NCBI GenBank assembly: GCA_965285935.1
Contig: OZ260662.1
Location: 109,430,001-109,494,000, forward strand
Reading direction: 5' to 3'
Source: Ophelia neglecta
Lineage: Eukaryota
Length of the DNA: 64,000 nt
Below the pieces are notes generated by a model. The model was not told where the DNA came from. It ran no database searches and saw nothing but the letters and a program-made list of their open reading frames with translations. The first letter of the stretch is position 1; every line of letters begins with the position of its first letter. The position numbers and the translations under genes were made by a program. This document shows positions 1 to 14,483 of this stretch, piece by piece.

Positions 1-846
1 CCTTCGTGTTCAACGCGGTGTTCTTGTGCACTCAGGGCGCAGGGCGGGCGTGGCTAACTTTGTCGACGACCTTGTGATTACGGATTCAGATGATTAACCT
101 CTACATCAATCAGTCATTTTAGCAACTTAATTAAATCCCCTATTTTCGCCATAGTATTTGTCGTATTCTGAGCGATAGCTAGTTTATGTGCTTAATAATT
201 CAAATACAATATATTATTATAAACTATATTTTGTGAGAAAAACCCTACCACTTTTTCATTGTGACCAATAAAAACTGGCCCAATCGACGAAAGCAAGATT
301 AAATTTAACTGCTGAAAACATTGAGAAAAACGTCACCAATACGGCTTGATCACTGTACAGCAGTGCATGGGCTCTAAATAAAAAATAATTCAATTGTACA
401 AACAGTTTTTAGTAGGTGAATTCTTAAACAAGAATAGCCATAACAATCATCGAGCAGATATATATACTTATTTACGATAATCATGTGATTAATAATATAT
501 CATTTCTGCGTTGTCTTTCAACTCCTTGGCAATGTCTTCTGCTTTAGGCTAGTCATATGCATACATCGATACTCTACACACATATTCCTAAGCCTGCCAT
601 TTAAGAGCAATCGATCGATCAATGTATTCCTGAGCTCGTCAGGCTTTCAGCTGTGACTTATACAACCTAAGTGCCGTATCTTATCCATTGGTAAGAGATG
701 CACGGCAGGGGCTCGGGCGGGGCGGGTGGTGGCGGTGACCGGACCCCTTTTTCTCAGTACGAATTCATCCGGAAAAAAAATCAAATGTGCGGGATGGGTG
801 TCAACTGAATGGGGTGGGGGGCTTAAGCTCCCAAGGACCCTTCCGG

Positions 847-996
847 NNNNNNNNNNNNNNNNNNNNNNNNNNNNNNNNNNNNNNNNNNNNNNNNNNNNNN
901 NNNNNNNNNNNNNNNNNNNNNNNNNNNNNNNNNNNNNNNNNNNNNNNNNNNNNNNNNNNNNNNNNNNNNNNNNNNNNNNNNNNNNNNNNNNNNNNN
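847..996. other. Assembly gap (150 N)
   Basis: Run of N characters. Confidence 0.99.
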
Positions 997-1777
997 GTAC
1001 TTGAATCTCAGACGTGTGCAATTTTGCTTTAGGAAAAAGAGATAGCTTGCGATGGGAAGTGAATCCCGACATCTGTCGCCTGCGAAAAACTGGGCCATCG
1101 CGGTCCTGGATATATTTTAAGTGAAAGAACGAGGGAGGGCAAGGCTAGGAGGGGGGGGGGGTTGCTGACAGAGAGGCAATTGAGGGGAGTGTCGGGAACA
1201 TACAACGATGAATGCGGATGGTTGTGGGAGGAAGGGGGGGGGGGGTTAATGAGCTGGGGGTTCATTACTTAATAGCTGGTATGTGTTTGGGAGGGGGTAT
1301 AACGAACAGTAGGCATTCAGTTGTTGCCCGAGAAAAACGAGCTGTTAGGAGACCCAGGGGGTTGAAAGCCAGCGTAGCGAATAGGATTTTCTAGTCTATA
1401 CATGTGCAAATTGCAACGCACATATAGTTAATCTATGTACATGTTATTTTATAGAACCGTTATAGGTCCTGTGTACTTAAGGGTTGGTGGGCGCAGTTCA
1501 TTTTTGGGCTGTGGTGTGGTCCGGGGCACCGACCACAAATACTTCTGTTTAGACCAGGAGCTTTAATGAATGCGGGGAGACAACACACGAAACGAAAACA
1601 AGACATTTGCCAGCTAGTGATTACATTAAATATTTAACACAGGAGCAGCAGCCGGCTGCGAGCTATCAAAGACGTACAGAGTACTGAGAAAAAGAGGAAA
1701 AAAAACAATTCTAGATACACAGGGAATGATGACGCAAACCTGCCACGGATTAGCTAGCTCGACAATAGTTTACAGAC

Positions 1778-1942
1778 CAGTGGCGGATTTATGGGGGGGG
1801 GGGGGTAGAGGACCCGCCCCCCCCCCCCTTGCCAAAAAGTGGGCCCGGACCAGGGCCTATTTCTGGGCCCACGCAAGATGGTTTCAGAGGGTTGGTAACG
1901 GGGACAATCCAGACATTTGTTGGAATCCTGGATCCGCCACTG
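1778..1942 (-). mobile_element. MITE family 1 (CAGTGGCGGAT...ATCCGCCACTG terminal inverted repeats)
   Basis: 11-bp TIRs. The internal sequence is the reverse complement of the copies at 3104 and 8690. CAGAC flanks both ends (possible TSD). Confidence 0.85.
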
Positions 1943-2880
1943 CAGACAAAATTGTTTAGGAGTTAGTACAGTCCACTGCGCGATAACACGGGAAGCTAAA
2001 ATTCAAAGATCTAGGTCCATTTTTATGTCATATTAGCCATGCAAAACTGCGGATCACACATATAGCTGTGGAACGTCCCATATCCTGTCTGTGATGAGAG
2101 ACGAATTCGCTCTGATTCCGGCCAAGGCGCTATTCACACGGCAATACATAGCTGGTACACGCACATCTGAAGGAAAAATAAACTGATCGGCGCTATTATT
2201 GTACCTGTAAAATAACCATTTCTTAAAAAAAAATACAAGTTTTATTTTAAGAACTTGGACGCAGATAGCAGCCATCTGTTTCCGGCAGAATTTTAAACCC
2301 CAGAATGCAAATCGCCCTGGTTACGGGCGCCGAAGAAATCCGCTCGGAAATATATTAAAAAATATCTAAAGACAAGAATGTTGGAAGGTCAAGTAATATT
2401 CGAAGACACAGTAGTATTTTAATGTCGATCTGCACTATAGGGTCATATTGTAAAAGAATATATATATTGTTAAACAGTCATTTTATGAATGTTGGCGGTC
2501 GTGGGCTTTGAAAACCCATTTTAGGTCGTAGTCTTGGGAAGTACATTTTTATAATATAATGCGTAGAAGAAATCTTTGTCCTATTTGATGTGCGTTGAAC
2601 TGCTGCAGTAAATATTAGCTCATTACTTATGAATACATACTACAATTCATTTGTAAATATAGATTGTACTGAGATGGGTGATTCTATTTAAACAACCATC
2701 ACAAATTGTGAATGATATAGACTGATTTCGGTGTATTGCTTTCGCAAAGCAATCGCTAAAAATTGAAATGCTGTCGGATTGAGTACATTGTAAGCCTACA
2801 CAATATCCATATAACATACTGACATTTGCAACATGCAACATATCATACACAATTAAGGCGTTTCACACTAGATCAGTATA

Positions 2881-3058
2881 CAGTGAAACCTGCCTTAAAG
2901 GCCACCTTTATAATCAGACCACCTGTCAATTCAGACCACTAATATGAAGACAATAATGTACGCTTTTAATGTAAAGTAACCTGTGTAAACAGACCACCTC
3001 CATAATCAGACCAGTATTTTCCAGTCCCCTGTGTGGTCTTAATTCACAGGTTTCACTG
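2881..3058 (+). mobile_element. MITE family 2, Tc1/mariner-pogo-like (CAGTGAAACCTG TIR, TA TSD)
   Basis: TA|CAGTGAAACCTG...CAGGTTTCACTG|TA with repeated internal (A/G)GACCACC motifs. Three copies occur in the window. Confidence 0.9.
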
Positions 3059-3103
3059 TAGTGTGAATATTATCCGTTTGAAATCTGCCAGCAGGGCGTG
3101 TGG

Positions 3104-3307
3104 CAGTGGCGGATCCAGGATTTCAGGAAAGGGCGGGGGGGGGGGGGGGCAAATTTTCCAAGGCTGATAAGGCAAACGTCTGGATTGTTCCCGTTACCAA
3201 CCCTTTGAAACCACCTTGCGTGGGTCCAGAAATAGGCCCTGTTCCAGTCCCACTTTTTGACAAAAGGGGGGGGGGTGCCCCCCCCCCCCCCCCAGAATCC
3301 GCCACTG
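3104..3307 (+). mobile_element. MITE family 1
   Basis: CAGTGGCGGATCCAGG...AATCCGCCACTG with internal G and C runs. Flanks are GTGTGG/GCGTGG (imperfect). Confidence 0.85.
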
Positions 3308-3853
3308 GCGTGGTGTGACTAGATTGTATTGTTCAAGTCTAGTTGATGTAAATAACATGCCACTGAGTCAATTTAACTTCAAACTGGGTATATTTACTCG
3401 TAAATATATATAGATCACGTGTTATGTGTCTATCAGTTTATGACCATGGGTATTAGAATAAACAGAGATAGGACTTGTACAACCGGAATTAGCCCTATTA
3501 ATCTGAGATAATCCCTTCCTAATTAGACCGGTACTAACCACATAGAAGGAGGGTATTGATTAATTGGATATTCCTCATTGACAGAAATGTACGATGTATA
3601 ATTTTCTTATATGATCTAATGACTAATAAATTCGCATGGCGGATGAACAGCTGTAGTGGAAAACTAAAAACTAACAAACCCATTTTATTGGAATATGGAC
3701 CTTTGTTCGATTTAAATTGTGATAGTGGTATTTTTTCCACTATATTTGCTTGATCTTTGAAGTGCGAACGGCTGATTGCTGGCCTGGTTAAATGTGGTCG
3801 GCTGTCCCATTGGTATTCCCGATCAAACCTAGCATATCATTGTCATACAAATA

Positions 3854-4031
3854 CAGTGAAACCTGCCTTAAAGACCACCTCTATATTCCGACCACCTGGA
3901 AATTAAGACCACTTATGTAAAGACCATACTGCATACTTTCAATGTAAAATAACCTGTCTAAAAGGACCACCTCCATAATCAGACCAGTATTTTCCAGTCC
4001 CTTGGGTGGTCTCAATTCACAGGTTTCACTG
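3854..4031 (+). mobile_element. MITE family 2
   Basis: TA|CAGTGAAACCTG...CAGGTTTCACTG|TA; colinear with 2881-3058. Confidence 0.9.
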
Positions 4032-4884
4032 TAAAGTCAACTGGGTTTTTTAGTTCACAATTGATCATAGCCATTCCATGCATCATTATGTGTTCAGCTA
4101 TTGGCTAATTTCGATTTATATTTTAACATTGACATCCGTGTCGGCAATTCTCCGACAGAGGCTGCAGTGAGCATCATGGCTGCTGCAGGGCTGAGGCAAC
4201 TTGGGGGACGGTTAGAACTTGGGGTGGGGGCACGGATGTTTATTTCCTCTTATGTGAGGAATCCCCCAATTCTGTCGTAACTGGTTATAATGGAGAAGCA
4301 GGGGACCCATGGTATGGGTGTTCCTTACCTCGCGGAGATCTTCACACACTCACGACACATTCTCTGAATCCCCCCCCCCTCCCCGCGCCTCCTTCAAACT
4401 GCTAGCTGTAGAAAGCGATTACTCGCGATACAATCGATGCATGGCTTCAGCATATTTCATGGTTGTTGATGCCAGGCATGCACAGATGATACCAAGGATA
4501 CTAGTATTTTAATCAATAACATGCATTTTAAAGTTATAGTATGTTGAAATATGTTACATGATATAGCAAAGGAGCATATGACATGGACCGCGATCATAAT
4601 GGTACATGGCAATATGGAACCCATGACAAAACTCATAGAATTTTCCATGACAGAAAATGTCAATTTGTCTCCCATAGCCATAACAAAAGTATGTTTTCCT
4701 AAAAGGGAAATAGCTCAAAGGAATACTTCTACCCGTGAAGTAAATCCTATCTTTATTACTTTTGGGGTGCGTTACTGCCTGCTGACATTCCTGTAATATT
4801 TAGGATATCTACACTTAAAAGTTCACGATCTTGCCCGGGAAAACCGATCCCATATAGCCATAAGAAAAGTTTAAAATGCCGACT

Positions 4885-4971
4885 CTGGTGGATCCAGGAA
4901 TTCAGAAGGGAGGAGGGGGGCAAATTCTCCAAGGCTGACAAGGCAAATGTCTGGATTGTCCCCGTTACCAA
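4885..4971 (+). mobile_element. Truncated MITE family 1 (5' half)
   Basis: GGATCCAGGAATTCAG...AAGGCAAATGTCTGGATTGTCCCCGTTACCAA matches 3104-3200. Confidence 0.75.
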
Positions 4972-5875
4972 CGACGACCGGGGGCAGAGTTGTAGGAAAA
5001 AAACATACAAGGGAGTTGCAGGGGTATCAAGAAAGGATGGGGGTGGGGGTGGGGTGAGCAGAACAACTGTGGAACAACAATGGGAGACTTTCAATTATTT
5101 TTGTCCACAATCCCGTCCCCAGCCCCAACCCCCTGGTGCCAAATACCCGCCCCGTAATTACGACCTTGGCCACTCGCAAACGTCTGCCAATTAGTATCAT
5201 AACCGTCGAGCACACACACCCCACAGCCCCGGTACGTCCGACGTGAGAGGGTGTGCACGGAACATTAAGCCTGGACCCCCCCCCCCCTCGCCTTCGCCAT
5301 GTAAATTATAAATAAAACGGAAATTCCCAATGAAAAATATGTCAGCTTGACCTACAAGAAAACAATTCAGTATTCAAGCAGACAATCGGATTTCCTCACC
5401 TGCAAAGCTGAATGGTTAGTCTATTGACACGGTACTTACATAACATTATTAAATGTGTTGATAACCCAGTTGATAACCTACTTGTGTTATCCGGACTCAA
5501 CAGGTATCCTTGCCTTGTAGTGAGTACAATACACGATAGAAGCGGCTCCTTTGATATGTTAGCTTTCATCAGCAGCCGGTGTTGAGAGTTGTAACACTCT
5601 CGAGAGGCTAACGACAGCCGGTCACGCAGGCGCTCTCCGGGGCCGCCGAGCACGCGTGCCAGCGCCTGCATGGCACAGCGCCTCGGGGCCACCCACAGGT
5701 TAGGGATTATCACTGGCATGTGGTCATGGGCACGGCACGAGGAACGGCTTAAGTCTATGAATTTAAAGTGTTTGTCGCAAACGTTTTGTTGGTTGGGGCT
5801 GGCAGCGGTGGTGGTGGTGGTGGTGGTGGTGTGTGTGTGTGCGATTGGGGGGGGGGAGCAAGTATTTTCGATATA

Positions 5876-6054
5876 CAGTGAAACCTGTGAATTAAGACCA
5901 CCAAAGGGACTGGAAAATACTGGTCTGGTTTGCAGAATTGGTCTGTTTAGACAGTTTATTTAACACTGAATGCATACAGCATGGTCCCCATATCAGTGGT
6001 CTGAATTAGCAGGTGGTCTGATTATAGAGGTGGCCTTTAAGGCCTGTTTCACTG
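5876..6054 (-). mobile_element. MITE family 2 (reverse orientation)
   Basis: TA|CAGTGAAACCTGTG...GTTTCACTG|TA; reverse complement of the 2881 and 3854 copies. Confidence 0.88.
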
Positions 6055-6921
6055 TATTTATTATATATAGGCCTAAGCCGGAATATTTCGGAGTACAAAA
6101 TGGGCTTTAACGTGTAGGCAACTATATATATAATTAAAATAAATATACATTTGGTTTGTCCAGATTCTGCATTACTTTTAAGTAATATAGATTTGTTCGC
6201 TTAATGAATGCATGGATTTGATATAAATCACAGCACTCTGGTCACTGTATTAGCAGACGACAATGGTCTTGGGGTATAGGGTGCTTCACTATTTGTTTGC
6301 AATCTAATGTTGCGTTTCTCTTGAAAATAGCAAAAAAAAGTGGGTAGGCACTACTCGAAATAAGGGCTCAAAGAATAAATCCACTTTACGGTTTGATCAG
6401 GTGGCCTATAGATATATGTGGGCCGTTAGGGTCATGCAGGGTCAGCAGGGTTATATGTGAACCGATACAGTGTTTGTTACGGTCAGCAAGGTTATTGATT
6501 ATGGCTCGTGTCTGAGTCCATATTTACATGTTACCGGTACAGGGATCACGAGAAGTGGTGATTAATAAATATAAATACATGTATTTTATTTAAATATTAA
6601 TATATTTGGTTGGTTGTCGACCTTATGGTACATTGTAATAGGCGCTAAACGCTCTTAACATGTCAAATGACAATGGATTTATCTATGTTTTCCTCGACAT
6701 TTATCGGTCACTTTCATAAGTATTTAATAAATTCAATAGCGATTTGTTCAAATTTCACCATTGACTTTTAACTTGCGCCATAAAAGAGTGAATCCTATAT
6801 AAATAAACCTCATTAAAAGTGTGTTTCTGATCATTCACGATGGCAATTATTCATTTTCTTCGCCGGAGGAGAAGCTTGGATATCGGGCGAAAATATCTAA
6901 AGTCAAGATGTATCACTAGGT

Positions 6922-7060
6922 AGAACGAGGTACGCGCCCTCCCCCCTCCCCCTCCAAGAACGAGGGACGCGCCCTCCACCCTCCCCCGCCCCCTCCAAGA
7001 ACGAGGGACGCGCCCTCCACCCTCCCCCGCCCCCTCCAAGAACGAGGATCGCGCCATCCC
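6922..7060. repeat. C-rich 41-bp minisatellite (about 3.5 units)
   Basis: AAGAACGAGGGACGCGCCCTCCACCCTCCCCCGCCCCCTCC starts at 6956, 6997 and 7038 (partial), with a degenerate unit at 6922. Confidence 0.9.
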
Positions 7061-8689
7061 CCTCTCCCGAGCGTCCCTAAAAGCTGTGTTCGGGGAGTTG
7101 TCCCCGGCAGTGACCCCCCCCCTCCCCTCCCCCTCAAGGAAAAGTCGACCCCTACTTTCCCGCTGACTCTCCATTGGGTAGCAACCCCCCCCCCCCCAAC
7201 AATCCCGACTTCTCCAGTATCCCATAGGTCGGCCGGTTTACATGGCCAGACCTTGGCTATCCGCCGACCAGATGCTTCATTACACCCTCCAATAAACCGA
7301 TAAATCAATATGGCGAGGGATAATCACACGTGTATGAGATGAATATCTACTCAAAGACAACATAACATGCCCCAGGCATATTCATGGCTGCTTAATAATC
7401 CGCATAGCTAGTTGTATGAATACATAATGAGCGTTCATTCACTGTATCATGGTTGTGCTTACAGATTTTATTTAAATCCCATTATTATAACAGGTGTCTA
7501 CATTGTTTTACTCAGTTCAGTACACATATTGAGTACACACAATTGAGCCGTTTTAAATGCTGTTCCTTAAATGATGAGAATTTCGTCACATTAGTACATT
7601 TTATTTGTAAAATGCAGCAGTTCGTATTATGGTACTCATTTTGTTTCCTGTCGCAAAATTGTGGTCTAATCCAAGTTTTTGTGCGGATTTTTCGGCTAAC
7701 CCTAACATGGATGGGTTATCCAGAGCCGAGATTTACTTGCATGTGTACACTTTCATATTTGTTAGGTACGATTTACATGGGTACCTCCCCGTCTAAACGA
7801 TATCAAGCTAACCCCCCCCCCCCCCCCCGCCGCCGAGGTCTTAGAAGCTTAAATGTGTTGATAAAGGTCGTCTGCAAGTCGTTTGACTTCATTGATGGCG
7901 GCTTATCGATCTTCTGGTAAATCAATGATAAGCATCAAATACACAGCCATCTGAGATCAACATAAATGGCATCCAGGTTATTTACCAATAAAACCTACTA
8001 TGTGCGATTCCGAGTTCAATTCAATTCAATTCAGCAGTTGTTTCTAATTATAATCAAATGATTCCAAATCTTTTGTTTTAATAATTCACTATGTTCTAAC
8101 TCTTCTTTAACCTCGATTGCATTCCACTTTGACTAAAACAAACTTAATTTAGATCTAGTTTTTAGTCAGGATTAATAACTTTCTAAGGCAGCGATTAAGC
8201 GCTTCCTTCCCGGACATGGCCGGAACTCTCATTATGAACTCGTCACAGCCGGCGCCGACATCTGTGATGTGTTATTATGCGACGGACACCTGTTAACTTT
8301 ATGCGTTATCACACTGAGCACGGGGCGGTCCCAATCTTTGGGATATTGGGCTAGGTGTGTTCTCATTGTGAAGGTGTTTTCTGCTTTCTCAAAGAGTGCC
8401 TGGTGTTTAGGTTATAAAACCCTGCTCTGCGGAGCTCCCGCCCACGACGCCAACCCGCTCTACGGAGTATTCTGTGGACAGGGGGGGGGGGGGGGGTCCC
8501 GCTGCATCTGTGCATCCGCCCTTTGGAGCTTAGAACGCTGGTTCTGTATTTGATTTGCATATTTCGCCCTAAAGCGTAGTGAATGAAGCAGTTAAGAGCT
8601 CAAGCACGAACGTATGAAGAAAGGCATGAAGTCACACCATGTCTGAACCCATTAATTCAATAATGACACGTTTAAAAAGTACACTGTAG

Positions 8690-8871
8690 CAGTGGCGGAT
8701 CCACGATTTCAGGAAGGGGGGGCAACATTTTTCAAGGCAAATGTCTGGATTTTCCCCGTTACCAACTGTTTGAATGCATCTAGCTTGGGTCCAGAAAAAG
8801 GCCATGGTCCAGGCCCACTTTTTGGAAAAAAAGGGGGGGGGGCAGCCCCCCTGCCTCGGAATCCGCCACTG
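8690..8871 (+). mobile_element. MITE family 1
   Basis: CAGTGGCGGATCC...AATCCGCCACTG; colinear with 3104-3307. Confidence 0.85.
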
Positions 8872-8925
8872 AAACATCAAATTCTAAGTGGAGTTTCCCA
8901 ACTTTCTGGCAGAGGATTTCCATTA

Positions 8926-9124
8926 ATTAAACGCAGACGCGGAGGTCATGGGTATTTCAGAGTGACAGGAAGCAAAAAAACATCAGCAAGGCTAGAGTTA
9001 GGGCTGAGGGTCAATTTCTGGGTTAGGGGAAGGGTTAGGGACAAGTTTAATAGGTCTAGTGCTCTGTTCTAATTTCGGGATTTACCTCCGCAAGGCTCCA
9101 CGCTTTCGCTTTTAATCAAGAGCC
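8926..9124 (-). mobile_element. Short dispersed element with TTAGGG-like motifs (possibly Helentron/HINE-like)
   Basis: Reverse complement of 24959-25177. Contains subterminal inverted GCGGAGG/CCTCCGC and GGTTAGGG motifs. Confidence 0.7.
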
Positions 9125-9153
9125 CAGAGAATTACGAATCCCACCGCTTTGTA

Positions 9154-9243
9154 AGTATTTGTCTTTATAGTAGTATTTGTCCTTATAGTAGTATTTGTCC
9201 TTATAGTAGTATTTGTCCTTATAGTAGTATTTGTCCTTATAGT
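9154..9243. repeat. 18-bp tandem repeat x5
   Basis: AGTATTTGTCCTTATAGT repeated five times. Confidence 0.95.
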
Positions 9244-12200
9244 GGCTGTCTGAGTTAAATGTTTTCTGAAAACATACAGCGCCACCCTGTGCGCGGTTTG
9301 ATGGGAATGGCTTCCAAACTTCACTAGCAAAACACTGGCTGGAGAAGCATTTCATCCTGCTATTCAATCTGTCCATTTATTAGGCACATGTCTGCTTTTT
9401 TCTCAATTGAGCTCATAGTTTTTGTTTTAACTTAATACCAACCGTCTGGTGACTTTAGTCACTAATATAAAGTTAACTGGCATGTTCTGACCTAATGTAG
9501 AGCGTATACTGCTATATGCCCTTAAAGTACCACCGACCGTGGCGACTATATGGGTTACTACTCATCAAAAGTTTCAATGAGAGATATTAATCCATATCGG
9601 ACACGTTAGAAGTATACCAAATGAATAATATACGGGCAGGCGACGATCCTATTAAATTACAAATACACATGCTTCATTGTCTTAGATATGTAAGAAGAAT
9701 CAAATCATAGTATATCAAAAGCCCAAACTCAATCCATCAAAGAAGCACTAAGCCACCTCTTGGCAAAGACTTGGTTCAGTGTATGTTTTATAAAGCTATT
9801 GTTTTAATCTGAAACGACCGCAGTCCACAACTTTGGTTCAACCAGTGTGAAGCGCAATATGATACATAGGTCCCACCCATTGAAACATCATATATAAACG
9901 ACTGGGTGCGCGCTTGTAAAGAGAGGAACATCAGGACAATAAAGTATAACACAACGGCTAACTCGTCTGTCTTATAGATATAACAGGACTGCATGGCATA
10001 AAGCTCCTTAAATAAAGCTAGACACCTACATATTCATAGAGCAGTTTGTCGTATAACGAATCAAGGGCAAGTATTAAGCTATCGGGGCGGCTTTACGCAT
10101 CCTGGCTGTTTGAGTGTGCTGGTTTTGAAAAATGGTTGTGTAAATTGAATGTAATTTTCTAAGATGTAATATTCCAAATGGCATTTATATATTTCCTTTT
10201 AAATGTATTGGTATGTTTTAAAACTACTAGAGTTGCAGGGCCTAGCTCGAAAGAAGATATACAGTATATGGATCTGTTTCGATTCTGATGTATTTTTCAT
10301 GTTTATTAAAATCTACATTAATGACATGTTACGTTATTTCCGGGAGAAACAGACACTGTCATCAGACCAAATGCATTAAAATTTATTATCAAAACTAACA
10401 AAACTAACTCACATTAATGGTAGTGGGTTGACAAGGAGGGCCATGTGGTTTTGTTTATCTGCCTCACCTTGAACTCCTAATCACAGCTGGTCAGGAGAGA
10501 AAAGGGAGTGTTTGGGTTTGGTGAGTGAATGCCAAAATGTTTATGGTATACAACCAATAGGGTTTCACTTCTCTAGAGGGTAATCAATGCCAGAGAGAGG
10601 CTAGCCAGCATGTAAGGGTCTGTTGGTACCAGAACTTCATATAGGAGAGGAGGATTGTGACTTTGTTGGATCGTAAGGAAGAAATGTTACCAAGAGTCGG
10701 TGTCCAGAGTGAGGCAGTCAATGTCCCCAGTGCCAGCTCAGTGTCAGTGTCAGGCTCCATCCCCCATGGTGTTAATTTAAAGAATGAGAATGATAAGCTC
10801 TACTAATTATACAAGTTACAATCAATAAAGAAGCAAATTGTTTCACACCCCGCTTTGACTTCTTTAATGCTAACACTAAAAGCTATGAAGCCAGGTTACA
10901 CTATAGAAAATCAATAATAAGAATGAAGTAACCAATAAGTCTATAGTATATATAAATATACGAGATGTTTATGTTAAATATTACCACATTTGTAGTTAAT
11001 AAATATAGCATTGCTAGACATGAAGTCCCTCTCGGTGCGAGGCCAGAACCGCTTAATAGTTGGCTTGTCGTTTATTGGCATACACTCCTTAATTCATCAA
11101 ATATCAACCAATTCCCATGTTTGCTTTCAACAACAATGGTGCATCACCTTAATTTCTAACGTTTACCTACACAGAAATCAATGACAAGGCGCTGCGCACA
11201 CAACCAAATGTATATAAATAAAGGGGCTGTTTGTACTGTTACCTGTTCATGTTTAATATGATAACTGATATTTGATGTCGTATGCATTACTAGTAGCATT
11301 AGTACATATCAACATCACTGAAGAATGGTTTCTGAGAAAAATGTTGTGTTGCATGTTTTTTAGCTTATTTGGTTCACCGGCTGTTAACTGTGCTAATATA
11401 TGTCATTGATGTGTTTTTATGTCAATCAAGTGGCAATATTCACACCTGGATTACTATCTATCATACATAAATCAAATTGCCAATAATATAGACGGGGCAT
11501 TTAGCCGATACATCAACATTTATATGACATTTTCATTTGCAAACATCTGACCGACGGGCTTTGTACGTGATTAAGTCTTTTTTAGGGTTAAATTAACTCA
11601 ATAACCCAAGGCTGTTCCCACTGTCACGCAGAATAAATAAATGGTGTTTCACAGAGAAAAAATTTAGAATTGATAGTTGAGTTTAAAATCAAGTTCCACA
11701 ATTTAGCTCCATTTTGTTTCTTTCTAATATATGTTGGCGCGACATATGCTATGAGGGCACTTTCAGAAGCTAGATATGTTGTGTTGCCAAGGGCAAGATA
11801 ATGTTTTATTGTATGCATCTTGAAAAAGTTTTAAAGTATTCAAAACACAAGTTCTAAAAAGGTACTGCTGGTAAAGTAACTGCTGGTTAGAAATAACTAA
11901 TGCATTTCAAAAAGATAATGCGTAATTCGTAAAATATTAAATTGCAATGTTTATGCAAATTGACTGTACACATTAATTTGTTTATCAAATGCGTTACTCT
12001 GAAAACAGATTATGTATGCTTATAAGCCATCTTATCAACTAGTATTTAAACATTGATTGACAGGGTACTGTGGATATTCTATTGCAGAAAAATTACAATT
12101 CTGCGTAAATATTCGATTGTTTACATGCGTAAATTAATATGCCTCTGTCGTCTGCTCCACTAGAATATATACCATGTCTTGAATTAGAATCAGGACCTTA

Positions 12201-14483
12201 GTCAATTAATCGTGTTTTTAAGTTGTTCCTTATGGAATGGGTTTGTTTCTGGTTGCACCAATCCGGTTTTGAACTGGAGAATCGAGGAAAAACGGGTTAA
12301 CGATGCAACGGTTGCTGGCCGAACCACGATGATTAACTGGTGGTGCTTGACTTTGCACAAGGCCCTGCGCGCTTTGCCAGATTTGCACATAACAGTGTTT
12401 ATACGATATGGAGTTAATGAAACAGCGTACCCTTGTAAAAAAAAACAGGGGTGGATAGCCGGCAGACAAAGCCAGATCATTGATCAAGAACGGTAAATTA
12501 AATCAGTTCGAAGTCATCAGGAACCAGCACTCACAACACAGGATACATCAATTTCCGACTCCCAAACAGTGAAAAAACATATAGCGAAACTGAACATTCG
12601 AAAACGAAAAATTGATGTAGGTTGGAATCAGTCAATCACCATCTACTTCTCCCTCTTTTATATCGTATCATTAATAGAAATTATTATTAACGTGCATTAA
12701 ATTGAGGCCGCTGACTGAGCGATCTCGCCCACTTGAGGCCGCTGGTCGAGCTACCTCGCTTTGATTGGGCTGCGAACAGCATATGGCCCAAGTATTGCAT
12801 TGGCTATGTGTAAATATGCAAATTACATCCAAGCACTTTATTTTCAGTTGTGTCATAATTAATAAGATATTTTGTTTAATGGTCTTGTCTCTGTTCGAAG
12901 TTCGAACATAGTATTTATTTTGCTGTGACTTTTTAACCTCGGTTTAATAGCGCTGGAAATTTGTCTCAATATTAATTGTGGGGTATGGTATTGCAGACAC
13001 CCGCATTTAAATTGCAAGGGTTTTTGAAATCTCTTATTTAACGATGGACATAAATAGCAAAGCAGTAAGCAAAGACAGTAAATGTATATCAACCCACACT
13101 ATATATCTTTTTAACCTTTGTGCCTATAGGGCGTGTATGTGATGTGATCAAAAACGTGGTACATTTCTTAATATATTGAAACAAAACCATTACCATTGAA
13201 AAGTGGACCCAGACATAGGGATTTTACCTTAGGCCCACATAGAAATATGTCGCTGATTTAATAGGTACCAGAAACATACACTGCTCTCACAGGTGGGCTG
13301 GAATAGTTAAATGCATCTGCATAATTAAATCGCAAAGCTTATATTTTTAAGAAAACGGATAAAAATGTGACTTTCCAAACTTGAATGGGTATTTGATTGT
13401 ATCTGGACAGCATGTATTTAAATTTGTTTCAGCTTGTGTTCAAACTGACTACCACGCCTCATAAGAAGCGTATTTAATTTCTTTTTTAATATTCTGATTA
13501 TACTGACCGAATAAGTTGGTAATTTTACTAATTTTAGATTGACTGCCGGGTACTCACTCCAGCTTTTGTTTTGAATAGGAAATACTTCCAGATTTCAAAA
13601 TAATCCAAAATATTGTCTTATTGCATCGAAGCAGATTGTACTGGAATAGGGGTGTTTTTTAGAAATAGTGCTGGGTATTTATGTTTTGTAGGTCTGTGGT
13701 GGGCCTGTGATGTTGGACGTTAGTCCTATATGATGACTTGACTTGTCTGATACAATGACTATATCATATGACACAAAGCTGTTCAAGCCTATACATATGG
13801 ATTCATTGTAGAAAAACTGCCGATTTCCATTAGAATCAACCGGATGATGGTAAAACATATTCATCACCTTTTTTTTTGAAAATATGAATATTTGTGTTTA
13901 TTGGCAATCTCTTTCTAAACGTAACCATGTAGAGGGAGTATATACGTTCATTTGTGTTTATAAACAGGTAATATTGGCCCCCAGGTAAATGTTTTCTTCG
14001 TGGAAAACAGGTGAAGCCGAACAGTTCCTCTGATACACATCTAGATGTCATACAGATTTATAGTCTCTTGATAGATTATATGGACCACAGTGCAGGTCGT
14101 GTGAATAACATATATATCCCAATTAATCAAAGTCCATGCTCATTTCAGTAAAAAGAGTGGAAATGAAATTGAAAGCAAAATGTGACTGATTTATGACTCA
14201 TGTTGAAGCTCACACAGCTGTTGCTTGATGCTTCAGGGTTATGCCTAATGGGATTAGTCTGTATATGCCTAATAGCCTCATACATTATTCATGATTATAG
14301 ATTAGGTTGTCAAAATAAGCGACGTATACATATACTATGAAATAATATTGTCGCTGCCTATCATAGTTGGCATTTTCTGCGTTCAAGACGTATATCACTT
14401 GTTGACTGCTTTCCGAAATCTGCACTATTTCGAACTAGAAACGAACGAAGGACGACCCTCGAAAACAATTGTTAAATTGTACA

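Noticed and set aside
4457-4796. Hydrophobic minus-strand stretch (SFVMGSILPCTIMIAV) reminiscent of a GPCR TM5
   Set aside because: It is short and interrupted, with no other family motifs.
5396-5719. GC-rich stretch with a 107-aa minus-strand ORF
   Set aside because: No recognisable domain or splice structure. It could be an exon or promoter, but this cannot be supported.
9154-9243. Regular repeats here and at 6922-7060 that might suggest a CRISPR array or a repetitive protein (YKDKYY)
   Set aside because: These are head-to-tail units with no spacers, in a eukaryotic context, and the ORFs are by-products of the repeat.
11624-11818. GAKLWN motif suggesting a LINE ORF2 C-terminus
   Set aside because: It is a single short motif with no adjoining RT sequence recognisable.
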